NCBI GenBank assembly: GCA_015231615.1 | Contig: JADGBE010000014.1 | Location: 3,196 to 67,195, forward strand | Origin: Desulfamplus sp. | Lineage (GTDB): Bacteria; Desulfobacterota; Desulfobacteria; Desulfobacterales; Desulfobacteraceae | Direction of reading: 5' to 3' | Length of the DNA: 64,000 nt | Shown here: piece after piece, positions 21,243 through 30,879 of the stretch | Position numbering within the stretch: position 1 is the first letter of the stretch | How the letters are laid out: each line of letters begins with the position of its first letter | Position numbers and translations under genes: made by a program | The notes under the pieces: model-generated | What the model saw: only the letters and a program-made list of their open reading frames with translations | Databases searched by the model: none | Told to the model about the DNA's origin: nothing

Positions 21243-21542
21243 ATGCAGTTTATTGTAATAGGTTATGATGGAACAGATGAATATGCTCTTGAGAGAAGAA
21301 TGGTGGCAAGAGAAGCACACCTAAAAGTTGCCTCTGAGATGAGTTGTCAAGGAAAATGGCTTTATGCAGCAGCTATCTTAAATGACAAAGGCAATATGTG
21401 TGGTTCTATGATTGTCTGCGAATTTGATTCAATTGAGGCATTAAAAGCAGAGTGGTTAAACAGCGAGCCATACGTTATCGGCAATGTATGGGAAAAAATT
21501 GATATTAAACAGGCTAAAGTTGCACCATTTTGTGCTAAATGA
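21243..21542 (+). CDS. YciI family protein
   Basis: R..AREAH, GSMIV and EPY motifs. Start moved to ATG 21243 after an AGGTGA RBS. Confidence 0.87.
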   Translation: MQFIVIGYDGTDEYALERRMVAREAHLKVASEMSCQGKWLYAAAILNDKGNMCGSMIVCEFDSIEALKAEWLNSEPYVIGNVWEKIDIKQAKVAPFCAK

Positions 21543-21585
21543 TCTCTTTAGTTTGGTATGAGATAACAACGGGATAAAAATTAAG

Positions 21586-22143
21586 ATGGAAAACAATGAT
21601 GTGTTGCGAATGTTTAGGTATGCCTTAAATATTCCAGATTTAACTATGCTCAATATTTTCAAAATAGCAGAGTGTAAAATAGATGGACCGCAGTTGTTAA
21701 ATCTCCTTAAAAAAAGAGATGACGAAGGGTATGCGGCTTGTTCTACAGCTCTTCTTGAACGTTTTTTCAATGGATTGATAATATACAATAGAGGCAGACA
21801 AGGCTATGAAACATCAGAGTCAAATGAAAAATCTATGGAGAGAGGAAAATTTACAGACTCTAAGCCAACTCTTAAGACAGAACGAGAGGCAAGCGATGGC
21901 AAAAATAGTCAGCCTAAACCACCAGAAATATTGAGTAACAACACTATACTGAAAAAAATACGAATTGCCCTTGACCTTAAACAAGAAGAGATGATGGAGA
22001 TTTTCAGGCTTGGAAAAGTCAATATGACAAAAGGGGAATTTACAGCTCTATTTAGAAAAGAGGGGCATAAAAATTACAAAGAGTGCGGAGATCAATATCT
22101 AAAAAAATTTTTACAAGGGCTTGCTGCGCGTCATAGAAGTTAA
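21586..22143 (+). CDS. DUF1456 (YehS-like) protein
   Basis: NNDVLR..RYAL, NNTILKKIRIAL and HKNYKECGDQ, with an enlarged linker. Confidence 0.87.
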   Translation: MENNDVLRMFRYALNIPDLTMLNIFKIAECKIDGPQLLNLLKKRDDEGYAACSTALLERFFNGLIIYNRGRQGYETSESNEKSMERGKFTDSKPTLKTEREASDGKNSQPKPPEILSNNTILKKIRIALDLKQEEMMEIFRLGKVNMTKGEFTALFRKEGHKNYKECGDQYLKKFLQGLAARHRS

Positions 22144-22170
22144 TAGCATCAAATTTTGAATATTAATATT

Positions 22171-22238
22171 AGATTTTCTGCAAACTTAGATTTACCCATT
22201 GATTCTATTGGATAAAAATGAGTTCTGTAGGAGGTCAA
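22171..22238. mobile_element. About 70-bp MITE family B, copy 2
   Basis: agattttctgcaaac...gttctgtaggaggtcaa. Confidence 0.65.
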
Positions 22239-22275
22239 TTTAAGATATACCTTGTAGTATGTTTGGAGCTAAATA

Positions 22276-22764
22276 ATGTTAAAAACGCAAGAAGAGTTAT
22301 TAGATGTATTATCAAAAATTGGCATAAATTATAAGAACCATGAACATCCACCTGTCTATACTGTTGAGGAGGCTGATAAGCACCACAAAGGGATTGAGGG
22401 AGTTCACAGCAAAAATCTATTCTTTAAAGATAAAAAAAATAATCTCTTTTTAGTGATAACTCTCTCTGACAAAGAGATAAATATCAAGGATATTGCAAAG
22501 AAGATTGATGCAAAAAATCTCACTTTTGGCAAACCAGAGCTACTTGAAGAGGTTTTAGGAGTTACACCGGGTGCTGTTACCCCTTTTGCTGTAATTAATA
22601 TAAAAAACTATAGTGTTAAAATTGTGCTTGACGAGGAGATGATGGGACACACTCTTCTCAATTTTCACCCTTTGGTCAATACGGCAACCACAACAATCTC
22701 ATCAAATGATCTGCTAAAATTCATGGAACACTGCAATCAGAGACCCGAAGTCATAAGACTTTAA
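22276..22764 (+). CDS. YbaK/ProX-family aminoacyl-tRNA deacylase
   Basis: KNLF, GVTPGAVTPF and NFHPLVNT motifs. Confidence 0.9.
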   Translation: MLKTQEELLDVLSKIGINYKNHEHPPVYTVEEADKHHKGIEGVHSKNLFFKDKKNNLFLVITLSDKEINIKDIAKKIDAKNLTFGKPELLEEVLGVTPGAVTPFAVINIKNYSVKIVLDEEMMGHTLLNFHPLVNTATTTISSNDLLKFMEHCNQRPEVIRL

Positions 22765-22833
22765 ACATTGTTGGATGGACATTAAGAAATAGTCCGCTAC
22801 TTCATACATATTTTTGATAACAAGGAGACACGT

Positions 22834-23484
22834 ATGACCGAGAAAGTCATTCAGTCAACAGACGATATCTTGCTTATTCTATGTAAATCTGTTCAGAAAG
22901 TTCTAACCAAAGCATCTGGAGAAGATATAACATTCTCTCCCGTTGTACAAAAAATAAACAAAACATGTCTAAAACCAGACATTGGCTGTTTTACCGTATT
23001 TGAAGGTGGGTTATCAGGTCTTTTAATTATGAATTTCACAGCAGAAGCTTCAATGGAAATTTATACAAGCTACATGATAAACATGGGTATGCCCAGAGAT
23101 GAGCTTTCGATTTTACATACATCTGATGATGTTGCCAATGTTTTAGGTGAACTCATGAGTCAGGCTATGGGGCGTTTTCAGACTGAATTGAGACAGGAAC
23201 TTCAAGTCTCAATTAAGCTAAGTGTGCCCAAAATGCTCGTTATCAATAAAGATATTGTCATCTCGATAGATACAAAAATTGATACTCCTGAATACAGGCG
23301 TGTTTCTTTTGAAACTGAGAGTCATAGACCATTTTTTCTTGAGCTTGGTATTGAAAAGACAGAATTTGAAACTCTTTTTCCGTTTGAAAAGGAGGAAGAG
23401 GAAGATATAGAAGAGATACTTCTTGCTGAACAGAGAAGGCAGAGGCTTACAAAAAAGATCGACTGGAATGCTACTTTAAAATAA
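22834..23484 (+). CDS. DUF3334 family, CheX-like protein
   Basis: LKPDIGCF, GLLIMNF and DDVANVLGELM motifs. Confidence 0.75.
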   Translation: MTEKVIQSTDDILLILCKSVQKVLTKASGEDITFSPVVQKINKTCLKPDIGCFTVFEGGLSGLLIMNFTAEASMEIYTSYMINMGMPRDELSILHTSDDVANVLGELMSQAMGRFQTELRQELQVSIKLSVPKMLVINKDIVISIDTKIDTPEYRRVSFETESHRPFFLELGIEKTEFETLFPFEKEEEEDIEEILLAEQRRQRLTKKIDWNATLK

Positions 23485-23506
23485 TATCACAATTTGTATT
23501 TTCATA

Positions 23507-23539
23507 AGATTTGACAACTTTTAAAAAGTTGTCAAATCT
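23507..23539. terminator. Long palindrome between convergent genes (bidirectional terminator or repeat)
   Basis: AGATTTGACAACTTTT-A-AAAAGTTGTCAAATCT. Confidence 0.65.
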
Positions 23540-23599
23540 ATTCAGAAAATATTAAAAAACTAAATGTATCATTTACTTATAAATAATTATTTATTCTAT

Positions 23600-25021
23600 C
23601 TACTTTGAGAAATAGCGATCCACAAGTTTTTCAGCAAGACCTGTATAGTTAGAAGGGGTCAACGTTTTCATCTTCTCTTTAAAATTAAGAGGAACTTTCT
23701 CAAGGCTATTTACAAATAAATCAAGCTCTCCTCTTCCAATCTTTTGTCCTCGCGTAAGCTCTTTTAGTCTCTCATAAGGGTTATCCTCTCCATAAACTCT
23801 CATGGCTGTTTGGAATGGCTCTGCTAAAAGCTCTTGATTAGCCTCTAAATCTTTAGAAATGGTATCTGTATCAAGACCTATTTTTCCAAGCCCTTTTATG
23901 GCATTTTTAACTCCAATAAGATAATAACCAAAAGCAGAGCCAAGGCTTCTTAAAACAGTGCTATCAGTCAAATCTCTCTGAAAACGAGATTTTTGAAGTT
24001 TTACTGCAAGATGCTCCATAATTGAGATTGACAGCCCCATATTTCCTTCGCTGTTTTCAAAATCAATTGGATTTACTTTGTGTGGCATGGTTGAAGAGCC
24101 AGTCTCCCCTTGTTTGAGTCGTTGCCTAAAATACCCAAGTGAGATATAGCCCCACATATCTCTGTCAAAATCAACTGTAATTGCGGCTGATCTGACCATA
24201 GCGTGAAGGATAAAAGATAGATAGCTATTCGGGTTAATTTGGGTGGTAAACAGTATAGGCTCAAGCCCAAGATATTTTGAAAGAAATTTTTGTCCAGCTT
24301 CAATCCAGTCAATTTCAGGAAAGACAAAATAGTGAGCATTGTAGTTGCCTGTTGCACCATTTATTTTTGCCTCTATCTTTGCATCTTTTAGAATCTCAAG
24401 TTCTCTACTCAGACGCCACGCAAAATTGACAAACTCCTTACCAACAGTTGTTGGTGTTGCTGGCTGTCCGTGCGTTCTTCCCATCATTGGGATTGATTTA
24501 TAGTCAAGAGCTTTTTCCTCAATTTTTTCAACAAATTCAGAAAGATATTTAACCACAACATCTTTGCCCTGCTTTACCATAAGTGAGTATGATATATTGT
24601 TTATATCATCTGATGTGCAGGCAAAATGCACCCACTCCATAATATCAGATAGCCCAAGCTCTACTAATTTATCCTTAATAAAATACTCAACTGCTTTGAC
24701 ATCGTGGTTGGTTGTTTTTTCTATATCTTTTATTTTCTGTGCATCTGATTCACTAAAATTATCCAGAATAGATTGTATTTTATCCAATCTGTTCTCATCT
24801 ATGCCAACCTTAATTTTATCTACACCTGCGGGTTTATGCCTTGCTAATTCAGGCGATAAGGTAGTCAGCTTTAAATCTTTAATTATGAATTTAAGCCATT
24901 CAAGCTCTACATAGACCCTATAGCGTATCAATCCATATTCAGAAAAAATATCTTTTAGTTCTGCTGTCATTTTGTCATATCTGCCGTCAAGTGCAGATAG
25001 TGCTTTTAGAGAAGATTCCAT
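23600..25021 (-). CDS. purB: Adenylosuccinate lyase
   Basis: TNHDVKAVEY, RTHGQPATPTT and GSSTMPHKVNPIDFENSEGN motifs. Confidence 0.97.
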   Translation of the reverse strand: MESSLKALSALDGRYDKMTAELKDIFSEYGLIRYRVYVELEWLKFIIKDLKLTTLSPELARHKPAGVDKIKVGIDENRLDKIQSILDNFSESDAQKIKDIEKTTNHDVKAVEYFIKDKLVELGLSDIMEWVHFACTSDDINNISYSLMVKQGKDVVVKYLSEFVEKIEEKALDYKSIPMMGRTHGQPATPTTVGKEFVNFAWRLSRELEILKDAKIEAKINGATGNYNAHYFVFPEIDWIEAGQKFLSKYLGLEPILFTTQINPNSYLSFILHAMVRSAAITVDFDRDMWGYISLGYFRQRLKQGETGSSTMPHKVNPIDFENSEGNMGLSISIMEHLAVKLQKSRFQRDLTDSTVLRSLGSAFGYYLIGVKNAIKGLGKIGLDTDTISKDLEANQELLAEPFQTAMRVYGEDNPYERLKELTRGQKIGRGELDLFVNSLEKVPLNFKEKMKTLTPSNYTGLAEKLVDRYFSK

Positions 25022-25075
25022 TGTTATAAAATCCTTAAAATAGATTTATCTTAAATTATTTCCTATACAATTTTG

Positions 25076-25307
25076 TTAAAGACTATTCCACTCTTCTGCG
25101 GCAATATCTCTATCAATAATAGATTCAACTTCTTTCAACATAATATGTAATTGGGGAACAGAATATTCTGAATTTGATGGTATGCTCATTCGATGCTTTT
25201 CATAAACCAGAAATTGATGACGAGGAACCAGAATAAGGACCATCAAATCCAAGAGAACGTAATTTCTTGATAAAAACCCGCCGCTTACACGGCTGCCATT
25301 GACTCAT
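25076..25307 (-). pseudogene. hicA: HicA-family toxin with a +1 frameshift
   Basis: Manual translation: MSQWQPCKRRVFIKKLRSLGFDGPYSGS, then one extra base near 25224, then RHQFLVYEKHRMSIPSNSEYSVPQLHIMLKEVESIIDRDIAAEEWNSL*. The span is 232 bp = 77 codons + 1. Confidence 0.8.
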
Positions 25308-25554
25308 AAGTAGGTTCCTTATTTAGATCGTAATCAGCAATAATTGGTAGTTTGTGTTTTAATTTTAATCCAATTAAAATCCAATCTTCAAGTGTCGCTT
25401 GAAGCTCGTCCTCACATTCACGTAAAGTCTTACCAAAAGCTACTACACCTTTACATGATGGAATTCGACCATAGAAAGTGCCATCTTCAAGTTTATCATA
25501 CTCTGCGTTAAACAATGCCTTTTGAATATAGCCAGTAAGAATGTTCTGTATCAT
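25285..25554 (-). CDS. hicB: HicB-family antitoxin
   Basis: EDGTFYGRIPSCKGVVAFGKTLRECEDEL HicB fold; overlaps the hicA start. Confidence 0.88.
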   Translation of the reverse strand: MIQNILTGYIQKALFNAEYDKLEDGTFYGRIPSCKGVVAFGKTLRECEDELQATLEDWILIGLKLKHKLPIIADYDLNKEPTYESMAAV

Positions 25555-25651
25555 ACAACTCCTTTTATAAGTAATTCTAAGAAAATATTTGACATAAACC
25601 TCTCTTATCTAATAATAGTTCAAACAATTATATTTTGTTATCTTACCACAA

Positions 25652-27862
25652 TTGTTTAGCTACCTTTTCAATGAAGGGATTGTAAAAAAGATGCCTATAA
25701 CTTCTGACTCAGACCCCAACTCAAGCATATCTTCAGACCCCAACTTAATTGTATTTGCTGATGAAGTATCTTCTAATTTACCCTCGAATAATAGACTAAA
25801 ACATTCTGGTAAAACAATTGAAGATAATGAAGTTGAAGCTAACGACTCTATTCAACCTTGGAAAATACTCATTGTTGATGATGAAAAAGATGTTCATTAT
25901 ATCACAAAAAAGGCTCTTGAGAATTACTCATTTCATGAGAGAACTCTTTTTTTTCTTCACAGCTTCTCATCAAGGGAGGCAGCAACCACTATTAAAAATA
26001 ACCCAGATATTGCCTTGATTCTTCTTGATGTTACTATGGAGAGTGATGATGCTGGTCTGAAACTTATCCACTATATCAGAAAAGAGTTAAATAACAGTAT
26101 AGCTCAAATTGTCATAAGAACTGGACAGCCCGGACAAGCACCAGAGCAAAAGGTTATTGAAGATTATGATATTAATGATTACAGGCTAAAAACTGAACTT
26201 ACATCTCAAAAACTACACACTCTTGTAACAGCATCACTTCGCTCTTTTGAATTAAAATCAAGGCTTCAAAAAGAGTTAGAGTATCGCGAAATTGTGGAAT
26301 CATCACTTAGAGATAGTAGGGAGAGATTTAAGGATATTGCATTAAGCACGGGTGATTGGATATGGGAGACAGATGATTTAGGCAAATACACCTATATTTC
26401 TGATAATGTTGAGCAACTTACAGGTTACACAGCATCTGAACTTATCCACAAACATTTTTCTCACCTTATGTCCCAAGAGACAAAAGATAATGCCCTTAAA
26501 GTAATTGATGAGCAAATTTCTTTGGGTAACAACTACACGAATATTGAAACTATCAAAATAGCAAAAGATGGCAAAAACGTCTATCTTATGACGAGCGGAA
26601 AACCTGTGCATGAGGAAGATGGAACTATAACTGGTTATCGGGGGGTAGATAAGGATATTACAGGAATAAAACTTGCTGAAAAAGAGAAAGAAAAACTTCT
26701 TTTTAACCTAAAAGAGTCTCAAAGACTTGAGGCACTTGGAACTTTAGCAGGTGGTATTGCCCATGATTTCAATAATATACTTGGCTCTATTCTTGGGTAC
26801 GCCCAGTTGCTTCAGATGGATGCTGGTGGGAATGAAAAAAGTATGCGTTACACTCAGCAGATAATCAACGGGTGTAATAGGGCAAAAAACTTAACCCTTC
26901 AGATTCTTGAATTTAGCAGACAACGAGAGTCGCAAAATGCTGTGCAAACTCCAGTATTAGTCTCTTCAATGCTTAAAGAGAAGGTAAAATTACTTCATGC
27001 CTCTATTCCATCATCAATTAATATTGTTACTAAAATAGATAAAGACGCTGGGTATATCCTTGCATCTCCAACTGATATTCACCAGATAATTATGAATCTT
27101 GCTACCAACTCCATGCAGGCTATGGAGAACGGTCAAGGGAATATTATTATTGGAATCAGAAATGTTACTCTGGATAATTCTAATGCTTCGTTTTCACGAG
27201 AGATTGGTATTGCTTATGGAGAATATGTTGAAATATCTGTAGCAGATGATGGCAAAGGTATGTCCCCTGAAACAATAGAAAAAGTTTTTAACCCATATTT
27301 TACAACAAAAACAGGAGGAGATGGCACAGGTCTTGGATTATCTGTTGTGCATGGGATTGTTAAACGCTCTCATGGTGGTATAAAGATAGAGAGTGTCGTT
27401 GGTAATGGGACAAAGATAACTATCTGTTTTCCAAGAAAGTTTCCTGAAAAGAAAAAAATAGTTGCTGATGGAATGCCAATTCAAACTGGCGAAGGTAAGG
27501 TTCTATTTGTTGATGATGAGCAGATGCTTGTAGATTTAGGCAAGATGATGCTTGAAAAGATAGGCTATGAAGCTCTGGCTGTTAAATCTTCAAAAAATGC
27601 TCTTGAGATTATTCAGAAAAACCCTAATGCTTTTGATCTTGTCATAACAGACCTTACAATGCCAGATATACAAGGGATTCAACTTGCTGAAAAGATAAAA
27701 GCAATTCGCCCCGAGCTTCCAGTTATTCTTGTAACAGGATTTAGCGATATAACAACAACTTCAAAAGCCAATGCTTCTTGTATTGATGCAGTTCTTGCCA
27801 AACCTCTATCAATTAACGCTCTTGCTATGACGCTTCAAAAACTTCTGCCGAGAAAAATATAG
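25652..27862 (+). CDS. Hybrid sensor histidine kinase (REC-PAS-HisKA-HATPase-REC); start may be 25691
   Basis: ILIVDD, PAS (WIWETD), AHDFNN, NPYFTTK/GTGLGL and a C-terminal receiver domain. Confidence 0.93.
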   Translation: MFSYLFNEGIVKKMPITSDSDPNSSISSDPNLIVFADEVSSNLPSNNRLKHSGKTIEDNEVEANDSIQPWKILIVDDEKDVHYITKKALENYSFHERTLFFLHSFSSREAATTIKNNPDIALILLDVTMESDDAGLKLIHYIRKELNNSIAQIVIRTGQPGQAPEQKVIEDYDINDYRLKTELTSQKLHTLVTASLRSFELKSRLQKELEYREIVESSLRDSRERFKDIALSTGDWIWETDDLGKYTYISDNVEQLTGYTASELIHKHFSHLMSQETKDNALKVIDEQISLGNNYTNIETIKIAKDGKNVYLMTSGKPVHEEDGTITGYRGVDKDITGIKLAEKEKEKLLFNLKESQRLEALGTLAGGIAHDFNNILGSILGYAQLLQMDAGGNEKSMRYTQQIINGCNRAKNLTLQILEFSRQRESQNAVQTPVLVSSMLKEKVKLLHASIPSSINIVTKIDKDAGYILASPTDIHQIIMNLATNSMQAMENGQGNIIIGIRNVTLDNSNASFSREIGIAYGEYVEISVADDGKGMSPETIEKVFNPYFTTKTGGDGTGLGLSVVHGIVKRSHGGIKIESVVGNGTKITICFPRKFPEKKKIVADGMPIQTGEGKVLFVDDEQMLVDLGKMMLEKIGYEALAVKSSKNALEIIQKNPNAFDLVITDLTMPDIQGIQLAEKIKAIRPELPVILVTGFSDITTTSKANASCIDAVLAKPLSINALAMTLQKLLPRKI

Positions 27863-28007
27863 CAATAAAACACTTGACAAAGCATCTTTAATTATAGAAT
27901 TGTGCCTTTACTGATTTAACAGAAACACCGTTTTTTCTACAAACTTTGATTTAATATAAATTTTAACATTCACTTTATCTTACTATTTAAAACTAATGGA
28001 GAATAAA

Positions 28008-29705
28008 ATGAGAATTCTTAACCCCAGAACAGAAACATTTGAATACCTTGATGCCGAATCACGAGAAATTATGAAAAAAACCATTAATTTCTTTGAGAAT
28101 AAAGGCAAAGACAAACTTACAGAGGATTACAATGCAAGAGTCTGGTATGCCGATTTTCTTGATTTTGTTAAACAAGAGAAGATTTTTTATAGACTTTTGA
28201 CACCTTCGCAGTATGGAAAAGAGGGATGCAGATGGGATACTACCAGAAACTGTGATTTCAGCGAAATACTTGGATTTTATGGACTTCCATACTGGTACAC
28301 ATGGCAGGTAACTATTCTTGGTCTTGGACCTATCTGGATGGGTAATAATGAAGATGTAAAGAAAAAGACTGCCGAACTTCTTGAAGAGGGTGGGATATTT
28401 GCCTTTGGACTTTCAGAAAAAGAGCATGGTGCGGATCTCTATTCAAGTGAGATGACCCTTACTCAATTGTCAGAAGGAAAATATGTGGCAGACGGTGGTA
28501 AGTATTATATTGGAAATGCCAATAAAGCGAGTTTTGTCTCTGTATTTGCCAAAGATACTGACACTGATGAGTATGTTTGGTTTACCGCAACCCCAACACA
28601 TGAAAACTATGATTTAGTTAAAAATGTTGTTAGCAGCCAATCCTATGTTGCTGAATTTGGGCTTCATGGCTATCCTGTAACTGATGCTGATATACTTTCA
28701 AGAGGCGAACATGCTTGGGATTGTTCTTTAAACACCATCAATGTTGGAAAATATAATCTTGGTTGGGCATCAATTGGAATCTGCTCCCACGCCTTATTTG
28801 AAGCTATCACCCATGCCTCAAAGAGAAATCTCTACGGCAAGTTTGTTACTGATTTCCCCCATGTTCAAGCTCTTATGACAGATGCGTTTGCACGTTTAAC
28901 AGCTATGAAGTTGTTTGCTCGAAGAAATGCTGATTACATGAGAACTGCCTCAAAAGAAGATAGACGCTATCTGCTCTATAATCCTCTAACCAAAATGAAG
29001 GTTACAACTCAGGGTGAAGAGGTTGTAAACCTTATGTGGGACGTTATTGCGGCAAAAGGGTTTGAAAAAGATACCTTCTTTGAAATGGCTGCTATTGATA
29101 TTCGGGCACTTCCAAAACTTGAAGGAACAGTGCATGTAAATATGGCCTTGATAATCAAATTTATGGCAAATTATCTCTTTGCACCTGCCCAAATGCCTGA
29201 AATTCCAACAGTTGATAAGCCAGCAAATGACGATTTTCTATTTAACCAAGGGGCAACAAAAGGTCTTGGAAAGACAGTTTTCCACGATTTTAATAAAGCA
29301 TACACAAGCGTTGATCTGCCAAATATTGCAATCTTTAGAGAGCAGATAGCGGTTCTTAAAGAGATGCTTATCTCTGCCTCTCCAGATAAAGAGCAGAGCA
29401 AAGATATTGATTTTCTCTTAATTCTTGGGGAACTTTTTACCCTCGTAGCTTACGGACAGCTTATTATTGAAAATGCAGTATTAAGAGGTCTTGATAACGA
29501 TATTTTGGATCAAATTTTTGACTTTATGGTAAGAGATTTCTCAAAATTTGCACTTCAACTATACTCAAAGAGTAGCAGTAGTGCAAAACAGATGGAATTT
29601 GCTCTTAAAATGATTAAAAAACCAGAGCTTAATAAAGAGCGTTTTAAGAGAGTTTGGGAAAATTATGTTCTATCATTAAAAGAAACTTATGAGATGAACA
29701 AATAA
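28008..29705 (+). CDS. Acyl-CoA dehydrogenase
   Basis: AFGLSEKEHGAD, GGKYYIGN and PKLEGT motifs; start placed after a GGAG RBS. Confidence 0.9.
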   Translation: MRILNPRTETFEYLDAESREIMKKTINFFENKGKDKLTEDYNARVWYADFLDFVKQEKIFYRLLTPSQYGKEGCRWDTTRNCDFSEILGFYGLPYWYTWQVTILGLGPIWMGNNEDVKKKTAELLEEGGIFAFGLSEKEHGADLYSSEMTLTQLSEGKYVADGGKYYIGNANKASFVSVFAKDTDTDEYVWFTATPTHENYDLVKNVVSSQSYVAEFGLHGYPVTDADILSRGEHAWDCSLNTINVGKYNLGWASIGICSHALFEAITHASKRNLYGKFVTDFPHVQALMTDAFARLTAMKLFARRNADYMRTASKEDRRYLLYNPLTKMKVTTQGEEVVNLMWDVIAAKGFEKDTFFEMAAIDIRALPKLEGTVHVNMALIIKFMANYLFAPAQMPEIPTVDKPANDDFLFNQGATKGLGKTVFHDFNKAYTSVDLPNIAIFREQIAVLKEMLISASPDKEQSKDIDFLLILGELFTLVAYGQLIIENAVLRGLDNDILDQIFDFMVRDFSKFALQLYSKSSSSAKQMEFALKMIKKPELNKERFKRVWENYVLSLKETYEMNK

Positions 29706-29734
29706 AATAATAGTGCTGATTTGGGAGATTAAAG

Positions 29735-30016
29735 ATGGCATTGACCAAAACCGACGTAACAGAAAAAATTCAGCAAAATCTTAATATTTCAAGAACAACC
29801 GCATATAACATAATGGAAGATTTACTCAAAATTATTAAAGATAGTCTTACAAAAAACGATGATGTAATGATAAGCGGGTTTGGGAAGTTCTGTGTAAATG
29901 AAAAGAAATCAAGAAAAGGTAGAAATCCAGCTACAAATAGGGAGATGAATCTTCCTGCAAGAAGGGTTGTAACATTCAAATGTTCTGGTAAACTTAGAAA
30001 TCTTATTAATGGCTAA
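29735..30016 (+). CDS. ihfA: Integration host factor subunit alpha
   Basis: MALTK, ISGFGKF, RKGRNP and RRVVTF motifs. Confidence 0.9.
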   Translation: MALTKTDVTEKIQQNLNISRTTAYNIMEDLLKIIKDSLTKNDDVMISGFGKFCVNEKKSRKGRNPATNREMNLPARRVVTFKCSGKLRNLING

Positions 30017-30047
30017 TTCATAGATAAATAGACACACCATAAACAAA

Positions 30048-30085
30048 AAGAGGTTTGACAATTTTTATGAATTGTCAAACCTCTT
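30048..30085. terminator. Long palindrome between convergent ihfA and ftsB
   Basis: AAGAGGTTTGACAATT-6 nt-AATTGTCAAACCTCTT. Confidence 0.7.
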
Positions 30086-30116
30086 ATAAAGACTATGTGA
30101 TAATTATAAAAATATA

Positions 30117-30413
30117 TTACTCCTTCTCTTCCTTCTCTTTTATATCTTGAAATCTAAATACCAGCTCATCTTTTGCAACCATGCCAAGTTCATGTCTTGC
30201 AATATGTTCAATATAGGTAATATCACTCTTAAGACGATCGATTTTTCTTTCAAGCACCCTGTTTGCTTCGTTTATTGCAAGGTTTTCGCTTATAATAGCC
30301 TGCTCCTGCAATCTTAGATGATGACCATCCATAAAACCGTTTTTGCCATAAAGTATCAAAAACGCTAAAATTACCATCACTGATATAACTAAACAATAGA
30401 TCGTCTTCTCCAT
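30117..30413 (-). CDS. ftsB: Septum formation initiator, FtsB/DivIC family
   Basis: N-terminal TM helix, GKNG, coiled coil and IEHIARHELGMV..E motif. Confidence 0.85.
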   Translation of the reverse strand: MEKTIYCLVISVMVILAFLILYGKNGFMDGHHLRLQEQAIISENLAINEANRVLERKIDRLKSDITYIEHIARHELGMVAKDELVFRFQDIKEKEEKE

Positions 30414-30498
30414 GATATTATACCAACCTAAAAAAAATTATGTAATTGCTCAAGAATTTCAATCTGACATTAATTGTCTATGTTCTTAGCATAATCAA

Positions 30499-30687
30499 CT
30501 ACAATCTGTTACACGGAACATTTGCAAGTATCTCTTCCATGTAGTCGTCCATCAAATCTTTATATTTATCTTCAGGATATTTTGTTTTGCATGACCTGCA
30601 AATTAAATATACACTTCTTCAAGTTTTTCTAAGCATAAGAGGACTTCCACAAGATAGACATCTTCCTTTTTTTAATTTCTCCTCCAT
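30499..30687 (-). CDS. Small dual-CxxC selenoprotein (62 aa, Sec23); absent from the ORF track
   Basis: MEEKLKKGRCLSCGSPLMLRKT-U-RSVYLICRSCKTKYPEDKYKDLMDDYMEEILANVPCNRL*; in-frame TGA at 30621-30619. Confidence 0.85.
30586..30602 (-). promoter_or_regulatory. Bacterial SECIS hairpin
   Basis: UUUGCA-GGUCA-UGCAAA begins 16 nt after the UGA and resembles the E. coli fdhF SECIS (UUGCAGGUCUGCA). Confidence 0.75.
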
Positions 30688-30835
30688 AACTGCAATAATC
30701 CTTTTATAATTTTACTATTTTCTGATAAAAAATTTTAATAATAAGTGCTTTAATAACTACAAAATAATATATAGCAAAAAAATAGAGTTATATAAAACAA
30801 TAATTTAGTCCACTAAAGTTGACTTTCTTATAATT

Positions 30836-30859
30836 TAGCCAGCGATTTATCGCTGGCTA
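30836..30859. repeat. REP-like palindrome upstream of argJ
   Basis: TAGCCAGCGAT-TT-ATCGCTGGCTA. Confidence 0.65.
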
Positions 30860-30879
30860 TAAATAAAGGAGATATTTTA

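Noticed and set aside
25709-25745. 13-bp direct repeat (24-bp period) at the kinase 5' end
   Set aside because: Real but minor local duplication in a disordered N-terminus; no separate function is supportable.
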